Part shown: in pieces, positions 26,827-27,202 of the stretch | Numbering within the stretch: the first letter of the stretch is position 1 | How the letters are laid out: every line of letters begins with the position of its first letter | Assembly (NCBI GenBank): GCA_944384865.1 | Contig: CALWVC010000001.1 | Coordinates: 1-27,202, forward strand | Source of the DNA: an uncultured Clostridia bacterium | GTDB taxonomy: Bacteria > Bacillota > Clostridia > Oscillospirales > Acutalibacteraceae | Length of the DNA stretch: 27,202 bases | Reading direction: 5' to 3' | Program-made: the position numbers and the translations under genes | Notes under the pieces: generated by a model | Databases searched by the model: none | Seen by the model: the letters and a program-made list of their open reading frames with translations, nothing else | Told to the model about the DNA's origin: nothing

Positions 26827-27202
26827 GTCGCTTAAGCATGACAAAACCCCTGGTTCTACCAGGGGTAAATAAAAAAGCCTTGGCAAAAAAACCTCCATGC
26901 TACAATCAAGATGGTTTGGCAGCCGCATCATGAAAGAGCAAGGAGGTTTTTACGCAGGTGAAAAATGAAGTAAAGAACACGGCGCACTCCAGCTATCGGT
27001 GCGAATATCACGTGGTATTTGCACCGAAGTACCGTCGAAAGGTGATTTATAAGGCGATACGCAGAGATATCATAGAAATCATCAAAAAGCAATGCAAGGA
27101 GATGAGAGTAGAGATCATCGAAGGAGAGGCGTGCCCAGACCACATCCATCTTCTGGTGAGTATCCCACCGTACATGAGTATAGCGCAGTTTGCGGGGACG
27201 CT
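26827..27202 (+). mobile_element. IS200/IS605-family insertion sequence, left part (truncated by window)
   Basis: Subterminal perfect hairpin ACCCCTGGT-tct-ACCAGGGGT (26846-26866) followed by a Y1 HUH transposase; the left boundary is inferred. Confidence 0.8.
26958..27202 (+). CDS. tnpA: IS200-type Y1 HUH transposase (partial)
   Basis: Not in the ORF track. GTG 26958 after AGGAGG: xKNEVKNTAHSSYRCEYHVVFAPKYRRKVIY...EACPDHIHLLVSIPPYMSIAQFAGT, with YHxVFxPKYRR and the DHIH HUH motif. Confidence 0.92.
   Translation, partial: MKNEVKNTAHSSYRCEYHVVFAPKYRRKVIYKAIRRDIIEIIKKQCKEMRVEIIEGEACPDHIHLLVSIPPYMSIAQFAGT

Noticed and set aside
26928-27149. Track ORF on the minus strand at the right end
   Set aside because: Antisense to the clear IS200 tnpA frame starting at 26958.
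1-27202. CRISPR arrays, tRNA/rRNA genes, programmed frameshifts or in-frame selenocysteine codons
   Set aside because: No regularly spaced direct repeats, tRNA cloverleafs or rRNA signatures were seen by eye, and all main genes translate without interruption.

Overview
Chromosomal window from a Gram-positive anaerobe; gene content and sigma-A-type promoters suggest Clostridia, probably Oscillospiraceae/Ruminococcaceae-like (inference). Left to right: (1) a minus-strand folT-type folate ECF S-component missed by the ORF track (cut by the window edge), under a THF riboswitch and its own promoter; (2) a divergent GldA/GldF/GldG/DUF4340-type ABC operon; (3) an overlapping run of two M16 peptidase-family genes (YmfF/YmfH-like), lgt, folD and a Cof-type HAD hydrolase; (4) an AraC regulator; (5) potABCD plus a HAD phosphatase, preceded by a consensus promoter and a ~275-nt hairpin-rich leader that can sequester the potA ribosome-binding site; (6) an ~8.4-kb probable operon with a Rex box over its -10: adhE, protein-kinase-like phosphotransferase, [2Fe-2S] ferredoxin, FlK-type thioesterase, PAS-containing sensory [FeFe]-hydrogenase, PP2C/SpoIIE phosphatase and group B-type [FeFe]-hydrogenase; (7) the left end of an IS200/IS605 element, cut by the window edge. 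The best novelty candidates are the potA leader (candidate polyamine-responsive RNA switch), the thioesterase embedded in the H2-sensing/adhE operon, and the N-terminally extended FolT. All pairings and motifs were read by eye; no folding or database searches were run.
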